This document shows, piece by piece, positions 1 through 12,029 of a stretch of DNA of 64,000 nucleotides. The stretch is from Octopus vulgaris. Its lineage: Eukaryota. The notes below the pieces were generated by a model that did no database searches, had not been told where the DNA came from, and saw nothing but the letters and a program-made list of their open reading frames with translations. The stretch's first letter is position 1, and every line of letters begins with the position of its first letter. The position numbers and the translations under genes are program-made. The stretch covers positions 135,532,001 to 135,596,000 of the forward strand of contig OX597816.1 of NCBI GenBank assembly GCA_951406725.2. The letters run 5' to 3'.

Positions 1-717
1 GAGGAGAGATGTGTGAAGAAGTGCCGTTCCCAAACAGTTGAAGGTATCAGGGGGAGAGGTAGACCCAAGAAGACATGGGATGAGGTAGTCAAGCATGACC
101 TCAGAGCGTTGGGTCTCTCAGAGGCAATGACGAAGGACCGAGATCTCTGGAGATATGCTGTGACTGCAAAAACCCGGGCTGCTTCCTGCACCAGTTCTGC
201 GTAGCCCCTGCCCATTCAAAGTACCTTGGATTTCAGAACAACCCGCTGTGCTTGAGGAGACCTATTGAGTCAAGTACATGAACATCGAAATAAATATCAA
301 CGGAAACAGTAGTTGTGATACCTGTGCTGGTGGCACATAAAAAGCACCATCCGAATGTGGCCGATGCCAGCGCCGCCTCGACTGGCTTCTGTGCTGGTGG
401 CACGTAAAAAGCACAATCCGAACATGGCCAATGCCAGCGCCACCTTGACTGGCTTCCGTGCTGGTGGCACGTTAAAAGCACCAACCGATCGTGGCCACTA
501 CCAGACTCCCCTGGCACCTGTGCCGGTGGCACGTAAAAAGCACCCACTACACTCGCAGAGTGGTTGGCGTTAGGAAGGGCATCCAGCTGTAGAAACACTG
601 CCAGATCAGACTGGAGCCTGGTGCAACCTCCTGGCTTCCCAGACCCCAGTCGAACCGTCCAACCCGTGCTAGCACGGAAAATGGACGTTAAACGATGATG
701 ATGATGATGATGATGAT
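1..717 (+). mobile_element. RTE-clade LINE 3' end (ORF C-terminus, long 3' UTR with internal tandem units, (GAT)n tail)
   Basis: ORF 13..204 'GIRGRGRPKKTWDEVVKHDLRALGLSEAMTKDRDLWRYAV' is the typical RTE ORF C-terminus. The UTR has four 'gtgcyggtggcacrtwaaaagcac' units and ends in gatgatgat. Confidence 0.85.
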
Positions 718-744
718 ATACACACACACACACACAAACATACG

Positions 745-955
745 TGTGTGTGTATGATTGTGTTTGTTCTACCATTGCTTGACAAGCGATGCCAGTGTGT
801 TTACGTTCCTGTAACTTTGCAGTTTGGCAAAAGAGAATGACGGAATAAGTACTTGGCTTACAAAGAATAAATCCTGGGGTTGATTTGTTCGACTAAAGAT
901 GGTACTCCAGCATGGCCACAGTCAAATGACTGAAACAAGTAAAAGAATAAATAAA
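745..955 (+). mobile_element. SINE 3' half (cephalopod-type SINE family)
   Basis: Ends 'ccagcatggccacagtcaaatgactgaaacaagtaaaaga', a tail recurring at ~1490, 14680, 48385, 48730 and inverted at 14100, 53745, 56635. Confidence 0.75.
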
Positions 956-958
956 TAC

Positions 959-1003
<45 letters not shown>

Positions 1004-1659
1004 GAAGATTAGAATATTTGGTTTATGACTGTAAGGCTGTGAGTTCAATTCCTAGGCAATGCATTCTCTCCTTAAGCAAAACACTTTATCTCATGTTGCT
1101 TCAGCCCACTCAGCTGGTAAAAATGAGTAGTACCTGTATTTCAAAGGGGTCAGCCTTGTCACATTCTCCGTTGTGCTGAATTTCCCGGAGAACTATGTGA
1201 AGAGTACATGTGTCTGTGGAGTGCTCAGCCATTTGCACATAAATTTCATGAGCAAGCTGTTCTACTGATCAAATAAACTGGAATTCCTGTCATCATAATT
1301 GGCAGAGTGCCATATAAATGTCTGTGTGTGTGAATGTATATGTACAGGTATGGTAATGTAAAAAGGAAAAATAGAACTCAACGTATATACATATTTTTAT
1401 TAATATTTAACAGAAGCAACAGAGTGACTCAAAGGCTAAGAGTTTCATGCATTGACACTAGTCAATATATATATACAGATATACAAGGCAGTGCCTCAAC
1501 ATCACTGTAGTCTAATGACTGAAACAAGTAAAAGATAATACAACCCCTGGTAGGGATCTTTATATCTACCTCATATAACTATTTTTTAAACACCCAAGGG
1601 AAATAACCCATAGCAATTGCACCTACAGTTGTTAGTTTTTAGCGAAGCGATCAATATTT

Positions 1660-2685
1660 GATTCTCACATGTGCTGGTAAGGTGACGCTGGCAACAATCA
1701 CACTCAAATGTTATTTTTCACATGTCACTGGCATGGGAGCCAATCCATGGCCCTGGCAACGATCATGCTTGGATGTGCTTTTAACATTCCACTGGCACGA
1801 GTGCCAATCAGGTGGTACTGTCATCAGCCACATCAGCAATTTTGATTTGTTTACTCTTTCCTCAATAAATCTTTGCAAGCAAAGTTCATTGTCCAGTGAA
1901 TGAGAGGTACTCATAAGAGGGCCGGTTACACCCCACTTTCGGATGTGCTTCTAACATTCCACTGGCATGAGTGCTAATCAGGTGGTACTGACATCAACCA
2001 TGTCAGAAATTTTGATTTTGATTCACTTACCTCAATAGGTCTTCACAAGCAAGGTTTATTGTCCAATAAATGAGGGGTATTCATAAATGGGCTGGTTATA
2101 CCCACTGGCATAGGCCATGGGCTATGGTCTCACTTGGCTTGTGGGGTCTTCTCAAGCACTGCATATCTCCAAAGGTCCTGGTCAATAGTCATTGCCTCGG
2201 CAAGGCCCAATGTTCAAAGGTCATGCTTCACCACCTCATCCCAGGTTTTCTTGGATCTACCTCTTCTACAGGTTCCTTCCACCTCTAGGGTGTGGCACTT
2301 TTTCACACAGCTGTCCTCATTCATTCACAACACATGACCATACCAGTACAGTCGTCTCTCTTGCACACCACATGTGATGCTTCTTAAATCCAACTTTTCT
2401 CTCAGGGTGCTTACACTCTGTCGTGTATGCACACTGACATTACACATCCAGCGGAGCATACTGATTTCATTCCTTACAAACTTACACATGTCCTCAGCAG
2501 TCATGGCCTATGTTTCACTGCCATGTAGCATGGCTGTTCACACACATGCATCATACAGTCTACCTTTTACTCTGAGCGAGAGGCCCTTTGTCACCAGCAA
2601 AGGCAGGAGCTCTCTGAACTTTGCCCAGGCTATTCTTATTCTAGCAGCAACACTTTCAGAGCATCCACACCTGCGACTGACTTGA
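1660..2685 (-). mobile_element. RTE LINE fragment (same family as 1-717)
   Basis: Minus strand encodes 'KFRELLPLLVTKGLSLRVKGRLYDACV..AMLHGSET', followed by the same UTR units. Highly similar to 27097-28160. Confidence 0.85.
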
Positions 2686-3336
2686 ATGAAAATCAGAAAA
2701 TACCAGACCGATCCATTTCTTGACTATATTGTAACTTGTGATGAAAGTGGATTCTGTACAATAATAAAAAATGTTTGTCACAGTGGCTGGACCAAAATAG
2801 AGCATCAAAACCTTCCCTAAACCCGAACTCTTCAAAAAGAAGGTTATGGTGAGTGTTTGGTGGTATTACTGCAGAAACCTATTGCCATGAAATTGCCAAA
2901 ATGAATGAAAATCTGCTACTCTTCTGTCCCAGACTGGTCAACAGAAGAGGGGCCAGTCATTCTTCATGACAATGCTCAACCACACATTTCACTAATGATG
3001 CTCCAGAAGTTGAGGGAACTTGGCTACAAAGTTCTTCCCCACCCAGCTTATTCCCCAGACCTTTCTCCTACTGACACCACTTTTTCAAGCACCTTGATGG
3101 TTTCCTGCGAGATAAGGGGTTCAAAAATCAAACCGATGCTGAATGTGCATTCAAAGAGTTCATCAGCTCCAGAACTCCAGAATTTTGTGCTACCAGAATA
3201 AACAAATTTGTAACTCATTGTCAAAAATGTGTTGATTGTAATAGTACTTACTTTGAATAAAATTTCTGCATAGTTGAATTATATTGTGATGAATATCCTG
3301 TTTTGAAACGTTGCTTATTTTTTACTAAGCCTGATA
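2686..3336 (+). mobile_element. mariner transposase pseudogene fragment
   Basis: 'IVTCDE', 'ILHDNAQPH' and 'VLPHPAYSPDLSPTD' DD34D motifs with frameshifts. Confidence 0.85.
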
Positions 3337-3429
3337 TATATATGTAAAGACCATGTGATGTGAGGTGATAAGAATGGCTCTCTTGTAAATCACACAGCCC
3401 TTACAATAATTATAAAATGAACAATACAT

Positions 3430-4265
3430 ATATGCACCAGAGGAAAAGGAGTGACACACCCGAGTAGAATGTTTAAGAGAAGATTTATTGTTATGTTAAC
3501 GTGTGTGTCTGTGTGTGCATCATGTATACATAATAATTGACAGGCCATCATGAGAACAAAGTGTATGTATGTCTAGACATGGAAGTATGCATGTGCATTA
3601 AGTACATATAAGAATAGCAATAACAAAAACAACGAGAAGTTAGACGAATGTTCATAGACACATGAATGAGAGATACCAGTTCATAGTCAATTGTACACGG
3701 AAGTTGAAATACTGTATCAAGAAGTTGTGGCCATGATGCTGAGCCAGTTGTGATACATGTCATACATGAAGTTGTGGCTGTGATGCTGCTGCCTGGGTCA
3801 CTTGGTACAGGAGTTCTTGCCAGTTGTATATTTGCTGTTGATCTATGGTGAAGTAATTCATGAACAGTGAAGTATTGAAACCTGGGTGAGTTGCTTGTTG
3901 AGCTGTGTACGTAGAGAGATGATGTTGGCGATGTTAAGAAGATGATGGTGACAACAAAGAAAGAGATTGCTATAATGCTGTTGGGCAAAATTGGTAAGTC
4001 TCAACGTGGCTACTGTTGTGTAGTCACTGGAACTGACTGTGTCCTGTGTGGTCAGTGGCTAGAGCTTAAAAGGTCTCAAACCAAAGACATCGAGACGAGG
4101 AGAAGCTGGGTTTTTATAAGCAGAACAGGCTGTCTCGCGTGATTTTTAGAGGCTCCAATTGGTTATATGCTGCAAATTGGCAGCATATAACCAATACCAA
4201 CTGATCAAAGTAGTGGACACAACAGGGTCCAAATAGCAGCCAAAGTCTAGCTGTTACCTGCTACA
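3430..4265 (-). mobile_element. possible solo LTR
   Basis: On the minus strand it starts TGTAG, then has a CCAAT palindrome (4158-4195), TATAAAA (~4112-4118) and AATAAA (~3484-3489). The 3' boundary is uncertain. Confidence 0.35.
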
Positions 4266-4371
4266 TTCCAATGCACGTATATATAATAAAGGGGAGAGAG
4301 GAATTTCACTCAAGTGTATGCTACATATATATATATATGTATACATACATACATATATATATATGTATGTA

Positions 4372-5122
4372 TACAAGGTGGTATGAAAAAGTTCCTGAAC
4401 TAGTTATATTTAATAAAAAATAACTTATTTACCCAAATTTTAACATCATCTCTTTCAAAATAGTCACCTTATGCAGCAATGCACCAATCCCAGCATTCCT
4501 GCCACTTTGGAATCCAGCCTGGAAGTTGTTTTCCATAAGTGAGACGAGGACCTTCTGCAATTCACTCTTGGTCTAGAAGAGCTTGGTGACAAGGTGCATT
4601 GTTATCATGAAGAATCCAATTCTTTGTGCTCCAAAGATCCAGTCACTTTCGCTAAATGTCCTCCCTCAAAACATCATGATGATCCTTATGCAAAAGCTCA
4701 TGAATTTTTTTCACATTTCCAGGAGTGATGTTCATGGCAGATCTTCCAGATCCCTCATTGTCTTCCAGGAATGTTCTTCAACTTTTGAAGTGCCTGTGCC
4801 ACTTGAAACATTGTGTATGACCCATCATATCATCACTGTAAGCTTGCCAAAGCATGCTCAATATCTCTGTAGCAGACTTCCCAAGTTTAATGTGAAATTT
4901 TACATTGGTTCCAACTTCCTGTCCATGACAGAAATTGCAGACTACTGCATGTATGTGATCACAAAAACACAAAATTTCACAACTTGTGAAGTGAACACAG
5001 AGATGTTACCCAGAACACTGCCTCACAAAGGTGACCGTTAGCTCTCACTGCACACGCAACTGTATGCTGCCATCTGTTAGCATGCTACAGAAATAGTCTG
5101 GGAACTTATTGATGCCACCTTG
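4372..5122 (-). mobile_element. internally deleted mariner element with imperfect TIRs
   Basis: TIRs 'caaggtggtatgaaaaagttcctgaacta' and 'tagtctgggaacttattgatgccaccttg'. N-terminal HTH 'NVKFHIKLGKSATEILSMLWQAYSDDMMGHTQCFKWHRHFK'. Confidence 0.8.
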
Positions 5123-5170
5123 CTGTTCTCTTACCTGTCTCTGTTTTTAGTTTTTTGTACAATTTTAAAC

Positions 5171-5705
5171 CAACGAAGTTACACGAAGAAGATAGCCTCT
5201 ATGCAGCATATAAGCTTCTGGGAAAGACTCAAGAGATTAAAACTCTATTCCTTGGAGCGTAGGCAAGAAAGATATGCCATAATATACATCTGGAAGATCC
5301 TGGAAGGACTTGTCCCAAACTTTGGCATCGAGAGTTACACAGATGCCAGAACTGGGCGCCACTGCGTGGTGCCAAGGACTCCAAATTTGCCATCAAGATG
5401 TAAGACAAGATACTGTGATAGCCTGGGCTTCAGAGGCCCACAGCTCTTCAATATCCTCCCGAAGAACCTGAGGGACCTGCATGGGGTGGATGTCTTTAAA
5501 GTAGGACTGGATCTCTTCCTGTCAGGTGTCCCGGATGAACCAACTTCACGGCAGGAGGTGCAGATGAGGGCAGCTGCATCGAACTCTCATGCACCAAATG
5601 GCAGTTACTAAAAAGCATTTGTGAAGTAAAATCATGTAGCAACAGCAAATGGCAGTGCCCCAGCATGGCCACAGCTCGTGAGCTGAAACTAGATAAAATA
5701 AAATT
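5171..5705 (+). mobile_element. CR1/L2-group LINE 3' end
   Basis: 'SFWERLKRLKLYSLERRQERYAIIYIWKILEGLVPN...GPQLFNILPKNLR...[16 protein letters not shown]' is the conserved ORF2 C-terminus. Confidence 0.85.
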
Positions 5706-5760
5706 TAAAAAAAAAAATTTTTTAATATATATTTATATATATGCATGTATATATATATAT

Positions 5761-5802
<42 letters not shown>

Positions 5803-5926
5803 TATATATACATATATATATACATACATACACACACACAAACACACACACACACACATGTATTTATGTATATATATGTGTGCATGTGTTTGTAAATATA
5901 CACACATAGATGCACACATGGTTTAC

Positions 5927-5947
5927 TTCTGGATGCTGTTAGAAAGA
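5927..5947 (-). other. candidate 21-nt microexon
   Basis: ttattttcattttcaatgtgcag|TCTTTCTAACAGCATCCAGAA|gtaaac. Confidence 0.35.
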
Positions 5948-6815
5948 CTGCACATTGAAAATGAAAATAAAGCCATATAAAACAGTAATGCTTATAGCTT
6001 ATATGACATTTGAATAGAAGTATTTCAAAATGATTAAGATCTGACAAACCATATAAATAAATCAATATAAAAATGTAATATTAACCAAAATAATAATTTG
6101 TCTGAGAACACTGAAACAACTACAAGGAGAACACGATAACACTGAATGTATGTTTAGTACGAGAAAAAAAATTGATGACTATATGTGCGTGTGTGTGCAC
6201 ATGGAGTGGATGTGAGTGTGCATGTTTGTGTGTGTGTTTGTGGATATGTATGTATATATATAATCAGCAGCATCTTATGTCCCATTTTTTTTTCATGCTA
6301 GCATGGCTGGATGCTATTCTAAAATCAAGATACACACAGTAAATGCAAAACACTCACATACACACCTACATACTTACATACATGCACACATACAGGTATG
6401 AATATGAACAACCCTGTACAGGATGAAAACTAAACTAAACCAGGAACTGAGGCTTTACAGTGTACAACTAATAATAGATGAATACCAACATTATTATATT
6501 TTTTACATAACATTCTTACACAACCCCACCACCCCGAAAAAATTGTGTGTGTGCACGCGCGCGTGTGTGAGAGAAAGAGAGAGTATGAATATACTCTCTG
6601 TATAAGGAAATACTTTTAATTTACTATACAGATATTTTTAGCTTATTTAACATATTGTTTTCATCCCTCTTCTGTTTGTTATTTTTGTGGGTGTTTTTTG
6701 ACTAATAAATAATATTTGAAACGTTTTCACATAGAAAACAGGTTTTGAGTCGTTGCAGTATTTTACACTGCAATATTTCAGTGAGAAGACTGCTCTAGGT
6801 CAAGAGGGAGTGTAC

Positions 6816-6847
6816 CTGTTTATGAGTAACGTTATAGTTTTTGGACT
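6816..6847 (-). other. candidate 32-nt microexon
   Basis: tttatttgtgtcag|AGTCCAAAAACTATAACGTTACTCATAAACAG|gtacac; retains CpG. Confidence 0.35.
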
Positions 6848-9738
6848 CTGACACAAATAAACTGTTTACGTACGTAGTTACATATTCACAAATATAAATA
6901 TACCCAAGTAAACAGACAGACACACACACATACTCATTCCCCTTACTGCTGCACTTAGATTCAACCAGAAAAAGAAAAAGAAAGAAAGAAAAAAAAAGCA
7001 CTGATAAACAGTTTACTGATATAGACACACCTGCAAAGAGAGGAAGGGAGTGGAGCTGGGAGAATAAGTAACATAATGGAGAAAGAAATATAAAGAACTC
7101 AGAAAGAAAGGTAATAAAAAGAGGATTACATAAGACCTGGAAGAAATGTGAGAACTGAAGAGTAGAAGAAAACACCAATTTGAGAAAAAGACAAATTTAT
7201 GAACATGATGAAGCATAAAACCATCAGTCTACTGACCTGACACTCTACTACTCTTCTCACATTTCCTAAACTGGGCGATGGTAAATAAAGGTTATATATC
7301 AGGCAGATTATTTACATTACACTGTTTGTTAATCTATATTTAGCAAAGATTTCATTAAGTAAAGAAGTCAAGGTTAAAGCGTTCATTAATGATATTACAT
7401 ATTGCATAATTTTATTAAAAGATGAGGAAAATAGAATAAAGGATATCAGAAGCAAAGAAAGTAAGTGATAGATTTATCAATTTGAGAGATTTATTCAAAG
7501 CCACGTCAATGCAAATCCAGTCATTCGGGTAAAATAGCTTAATTAAAAAAAAACTATTTAATGGTACAATTAAAATATAAATTACTGGCTCCTGTTGAAA
7601 GAAGTATGATTATCCATCAGATAAATATATTACTGTGGGACTTTTTATTGTGTGTAAACTGGTATTGCAACAATTGCAAGTCACATAGTTTCTGTTCTGT
7701 AAGGCCAGTCAACTCTGGTTCAAATAACAGAATAGTAGCTCATCAAATTATAGCTATCAGTTCACTTGTTCAGGGATATGTCTTCTAATATTGGCACATC
7801 GTTTTCTTTTACTTTTATGTTTGTTCATCACTGAAAACTTCATCTTTGTGTAGTGATTCAAAGAAGAATAAATTTGATCGTTTTTTCCATTATCTTCTTC
7901 AGGCCTATGGGTGGATTTGAGTTCAGCACTACAATATAGCAAAACACTTGTCATTTAGTTAGTGGTCCTGCTACTTCCAGTTTCAATTATAATTCTCAAA
8001 GCAGCTATTTACTGCTATTTAGACTTTGGTCAATCAGAATTAAGAGTTTAGATTATAGAAAAAAAAATAGGACAACACTACTGACCTAATATGAACTTGT
8101 CAGCTCTTGGCTGTTGGCCAACACCTAATGAGTTGGCAACTTTTGTTTCATTGACTGAAGGAAATAAAGTCACTTTGGTTACAATTGAGACTCATAGGTG
8201 TTAATCACTGAATTGCTCATCAATTGTTTAGTTTATTATAACTCTGTACTACCATGTCTCTGTGCTACATTTCAAAACAAAAGTGTGTTCTTTTTGAGAA
8301 GGTATAAGTTGTATCATTCCAGTATTATTTCTATGCAAATAAACTTCAACTATAGTAGTCAGAACATTGTACTTAGCAAACATGCTGGTATATAAATGTC
8401 TATTATACTTTTATTGGAACAGTGAATTTGAGTCCGAAAAGACATTTTTACACGAGCTGCTTGAACAGTTAATAGAGTAGCTAAGTCTTCACCAACACAA
8501 ATCCTTGTCAGCTAAAGTATGTATCCAATTTCCAGAACTTAGGGCTCAAATGACAAGAAAACTATGCTGAGTACAAATAAATTTTAAGTGGACAAAATGT
8601 ACTAGTGTCACTGACTTTCAAAGATTAAAGACTATGCTCTAATGGTTGGCAGGAAGCAGTAAATAACTTATGTTACTTAGATAACTGAAAATATGCTGAG
8701 GTGGAACCAGTACTAGCAGACTGTCTACAGTGTGAAGTGGGTAGAAGGTATATATAGCAAAGGGGTTCTCACTCCTTTCTTCAAGTAGAAAGGAATCAAG
8801 TAGTATGTGATTTATTTAAAATGCAAATGTGAGCTTGAGAGACAGACTTAATTCAAGAGAGTGGAGAAAGCAACTATATGTTTGAAAATTTGTATGAACA
8901 GATAGTGGATGGTAGGCAAGTTATAATATAACACGAAGCTGACTTGCACAAAAATAGTTGCTACAGATCTGAGAAAGATAAGTTACAGACAAAAATGGCA
9001 ACATGTAAGGTTGAATGAAAAAAGCCTGTTACGTAGATCCTACCAACCTGTGCCTAAAAAAAAAATACAGGTAATAGTAAATTAGGGATGGTAATGTGCC
9101 TATAACAAAATAATAAATGTAGATAAAAACACACAACTAAAAGACAAAATAATCTAAAACCAAAAACAAAAATAGGATATAATGAAAAGAAATATTTGAA
9201 AAGTACATACAGTTAGTTGTATATTGTAACAATGGAACAAACAAAACATTGTTTTAAAAATTATAGAAATGGAAGGCTTGGGAATAAAATGAAAAACATA
9301 TGACTAAAAGAAATAAGCATATAAACAATTCATAACAAACATTTAACAACTTATAACAGTAACCAAATATACAGATAGAAAACAGAATATAGCAACAGAT
9401 AGACATAACTAGGTAATAAACATAATCTGTTGTTTTGGTCATCTCATCACCATTATTTATCTTTTTGTTGTTCCTGCTGACCATTTATCTTTTCTCTCTC
9501 CCCTTCACCTACTAAATGTGAGTGGCCATGTAGATCTACAAGAACCTGCTCTGACCCCCACCTCACCTCTCATAGTCTAACCCCCTCATCCCCTAGCATG
9601 AAGCTGAGCCCACCCAAACTCCTTCAGGGTTTAGTACCCAGTACACTTTGTAAAGTGGTTGGCATCAGGAAGGGCACCCAGCTGTAGAAACCACGCCAAA
9701 GAAGATGTTGGAGCCCAACGCAGTCCTTGGATAATACA

Positions 9739-9969
9739 GTTCTATATTTAAGAGATGAGGAATTATGTACATTATTTACAATTGTCGGATATTTGTCCTC
9801 ATCTTGTTTGTTGTTAACACAACATTTTGGCTGATATACCCTCCAGCCTTCATCAGGTGTCTTGGGGAAATTTCGAACCTGGGTTCTCATTCCTAAGGTA
9901 TTTTTCGATGTGATCATTATTATTATTATTGATATTGTTATTATAATAATAATAATAATAATAATAATA

Positions 9970-10037
<68 letters not shown>

Positions 10038-10338
10038 AGTTACTGCCTGGAATCAAACTCGGAATCTTGGGGTTAGTAGTCCGTGCTCTTAACAACTATT
10101 CCATATGGTATATGGCATAGTGGTTAAGAGCACCAAGATTCTGAGTTCAATTCCAGGCAGTGACTTGAATAATAATAATAATAATAACATCGAAAAATAC
10201 CTTAGGAATGAGAACCCAGGTTTAAAATTTCTCCAAGATACCTGAAGAAGACTGGAGGGTATATCAGCCGAAATGTTGTGTTAACAACAAACAAGATGAG
10301 GACAAATATCCATCAAATGTAAATAATGTAAATAATGT
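9739..10338. mobile_element. head-to-head pair of tRNA-head/(TAA)n/hammerhead elements
   Basis: Two inverted copies meet at 'ccatatgg' (~10101). Each has A/B-box-like motifs, (TAA)n and a hammerhead-like core. An 11-bp duplication agtccttggat (9722-9732, 10339-10349) flanks the pair inside an RTE-tail remnant. Confidence 0.75.
10237..10282 (+). ncRNA. minimal type I hammerhead ribozyme motif (Penelope-type, degenerate)
   Basis: gatac-CTGAAGA-agactg gagggtatat cagcc-GAAA-TGTT-gtgtt. Stem I gatac/gtgtt, stem II closed. Partner copy at 9816-9861 (minus). Confidence 0.6.
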
Positions 10339-10541
10339 AGTCCTTGGATTCATCAGGTCCTGTCAATCAGTCCAACCAGTGCCAGAATAGAACATAGACA
10401 TTAAATGGTGGTGGCAGCGGCGGTGGCAGTGGCGACGGCGGTGGTGGTTGCTTGGTTTAACAATACCACTTAGTCTTCTAGTGGAGTTCACTCTGTTGCA
10501 AGCATTAGGTCCAGGATTTTGGTTGGAAGATAATTTCTTAC

Positions 10542-10558
10542 CTTCTCTCTCGCTAGCC
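10542..10558 (-). other. candidate 17-nt microexon
   Basis: cctttctttcatggtctccag|GGCTAGCGAGAGAGAAG|gtaaga; strong splice sites, CpG retained, reads (G)LAREK. Confidence 0.5.
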
Positions 10559-10854
10559 CTGGAGACCATGAAAGAAAGGCATAGGAAAATGTAAATAAAT
10601 AAAATAATAAATGAATAAATAAACAAATAGAAACATAAGAGTTATCACGTGCAAGTGTGATTAATGGAGCCAAACATTAAATACTTTCTGCTAAACATTT
10701 CTTAACCAGATGTAACCAGTGGCAATTAATCCAATTGATTTTAGAAGAGGAAGAAACGACAAAGATGTGAATGGTATGATGCAATTCTCTTTTGATAAGC
10801 ACAATGAAACAGTTGCAACTAGGAGCTGAAACTGGGTTATGAACCTAACATCAC

Positions 10855-10867
10855 CTGACAGCTTTTC
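10855..10867 (-). other. candidate 13-nt microexon
   Basis: tttatttgtatgtctgttgtag|GAAAAGCTGTCAG|gtgatg; joins 10542-10558 in frame as EKLSGLAREK. Confidence 0.4.
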
Positions 10868-11141
10868 CTACAACAGACATACAAATAAAAAAACAAATAT
10901 ATGAAAAAGAAAGTTGTTTAGAATAATTGACTTTTCATTTTCAATGTCTTTTTCATCTTCTTACATGAAACATTTTAAACCTGTTTAAAGCCAAAATGTA
11001 ACTTTAGCCAGCTATAAATATTGTTAATGTATTGAAGAAAGGCTTGAAAGGGAAACAGCAAATGTCATTGCCATGAATGTATCACAAGTGAACCCAAAAG
11101 CCAGCCCTTGATAACATGCTGGTGATAATAATCTTTTCTAC

Positions 11142-11369
11142 TTAACCCTTTTGTTACCAACCTGGCTGAAACCGGCTCTGGCTCTGAGTACAAATGTCTT
11201 GTTTTCATAAGTTTGGAATTAAAATCTTCCAGCAAACCTTAGTCACAATTTATGTTCCTAACACTAGCTGAATGATAACTAAGTTATTTTACTAAATTCT
11301 TTGTTATATTTAAAGTAATTGAAAGAAACACAGAGCATCTCAAAATAAATACAGTAACAAAAGGGTTAA
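11142..11369. mobile_element. piggyBac-type MITE
   Basis: TTAA|cccttttgttac...gtaacaaaaggg|TTAA, i.e. TIRs with a TTAA target duplication. Confidence 0.75.
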
Positions 11370-12029
11370 ACATAAGGCACAAAATTTAGAGTAAGAGGGT
11401 TAGTCAATTATATCAACCCCAGTGCTTGACAGGTACTAATTTTATTTACCCCAAAAGAATGAAAGACAAAGTCAACTGCCCTCGTGTTAGAGATAATAAT
11501 AAAATAAATTTTACATAGAAAGAAGGAACATGTAGCAGGCTAAAGGAAAATGACTTTCAGACCTGATTCCAAAAGTGGCAGGAATGCTGAGACAGGTGGA
11601 GTGCTGTGCAAGATGACTATTTCAAAGGAGATGAGGTTAAATCTTGGGTAAATAAGTTATTTTTTATTAAACATAAGTCTGGAAACCTTTTGATACCACC
11701 TCATATATATATATACACCTGCATACACAAACACACACACACACACATGCAGTTTTAAGATACATCATGTAGGTGCTCTGAGATGCATCGTCTGTGATGT
11801 TTTGGGGATCTCAGAGCATTTTAGGTCTTTTAACATCAAACCCCCTCACCAAGTTGACCCAACTGGGGTTGATCAAGTCCCTGCTTGCACCTCAGTAACA
11901 GAAATCCATTGGTCTGCCCTCTTTATTGAAAGTCACCCAGTGGCCATCTCTGCAGCTTCAGTGATGGAATTTATAGCCTTCCTCTTTGCTGTGCTAGTAA
12001 CTCCAAGCCTAGTCAGAGCTTTGCAGAAT

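Noticed and set aside
320-545. CRISPR-like repeat-spacer array
   Set aside because: The spacers are homologous to each other, the array is part of a dispersed RTE 3' UTR, the context is eukaryotic, and there are no cas genes.
3548-3988. 146-aa ORF
   Set aside because: No recognisable domain, low-complexity Thr/Ser composition, and it lies within a probable LTR.
5665-6065. ORFs rich in YI/HT/CV (also 13.6-14.0, 40.2-40.6 and 56.7-58.6 kb)
   Set aside because: These are translations of dinucleotide microsatellites.
10105-10165. tRNA gene (also other A/B-box motifs)
   Set aside because: No acceptor stem or full cloverleaf; these are SINE heads.
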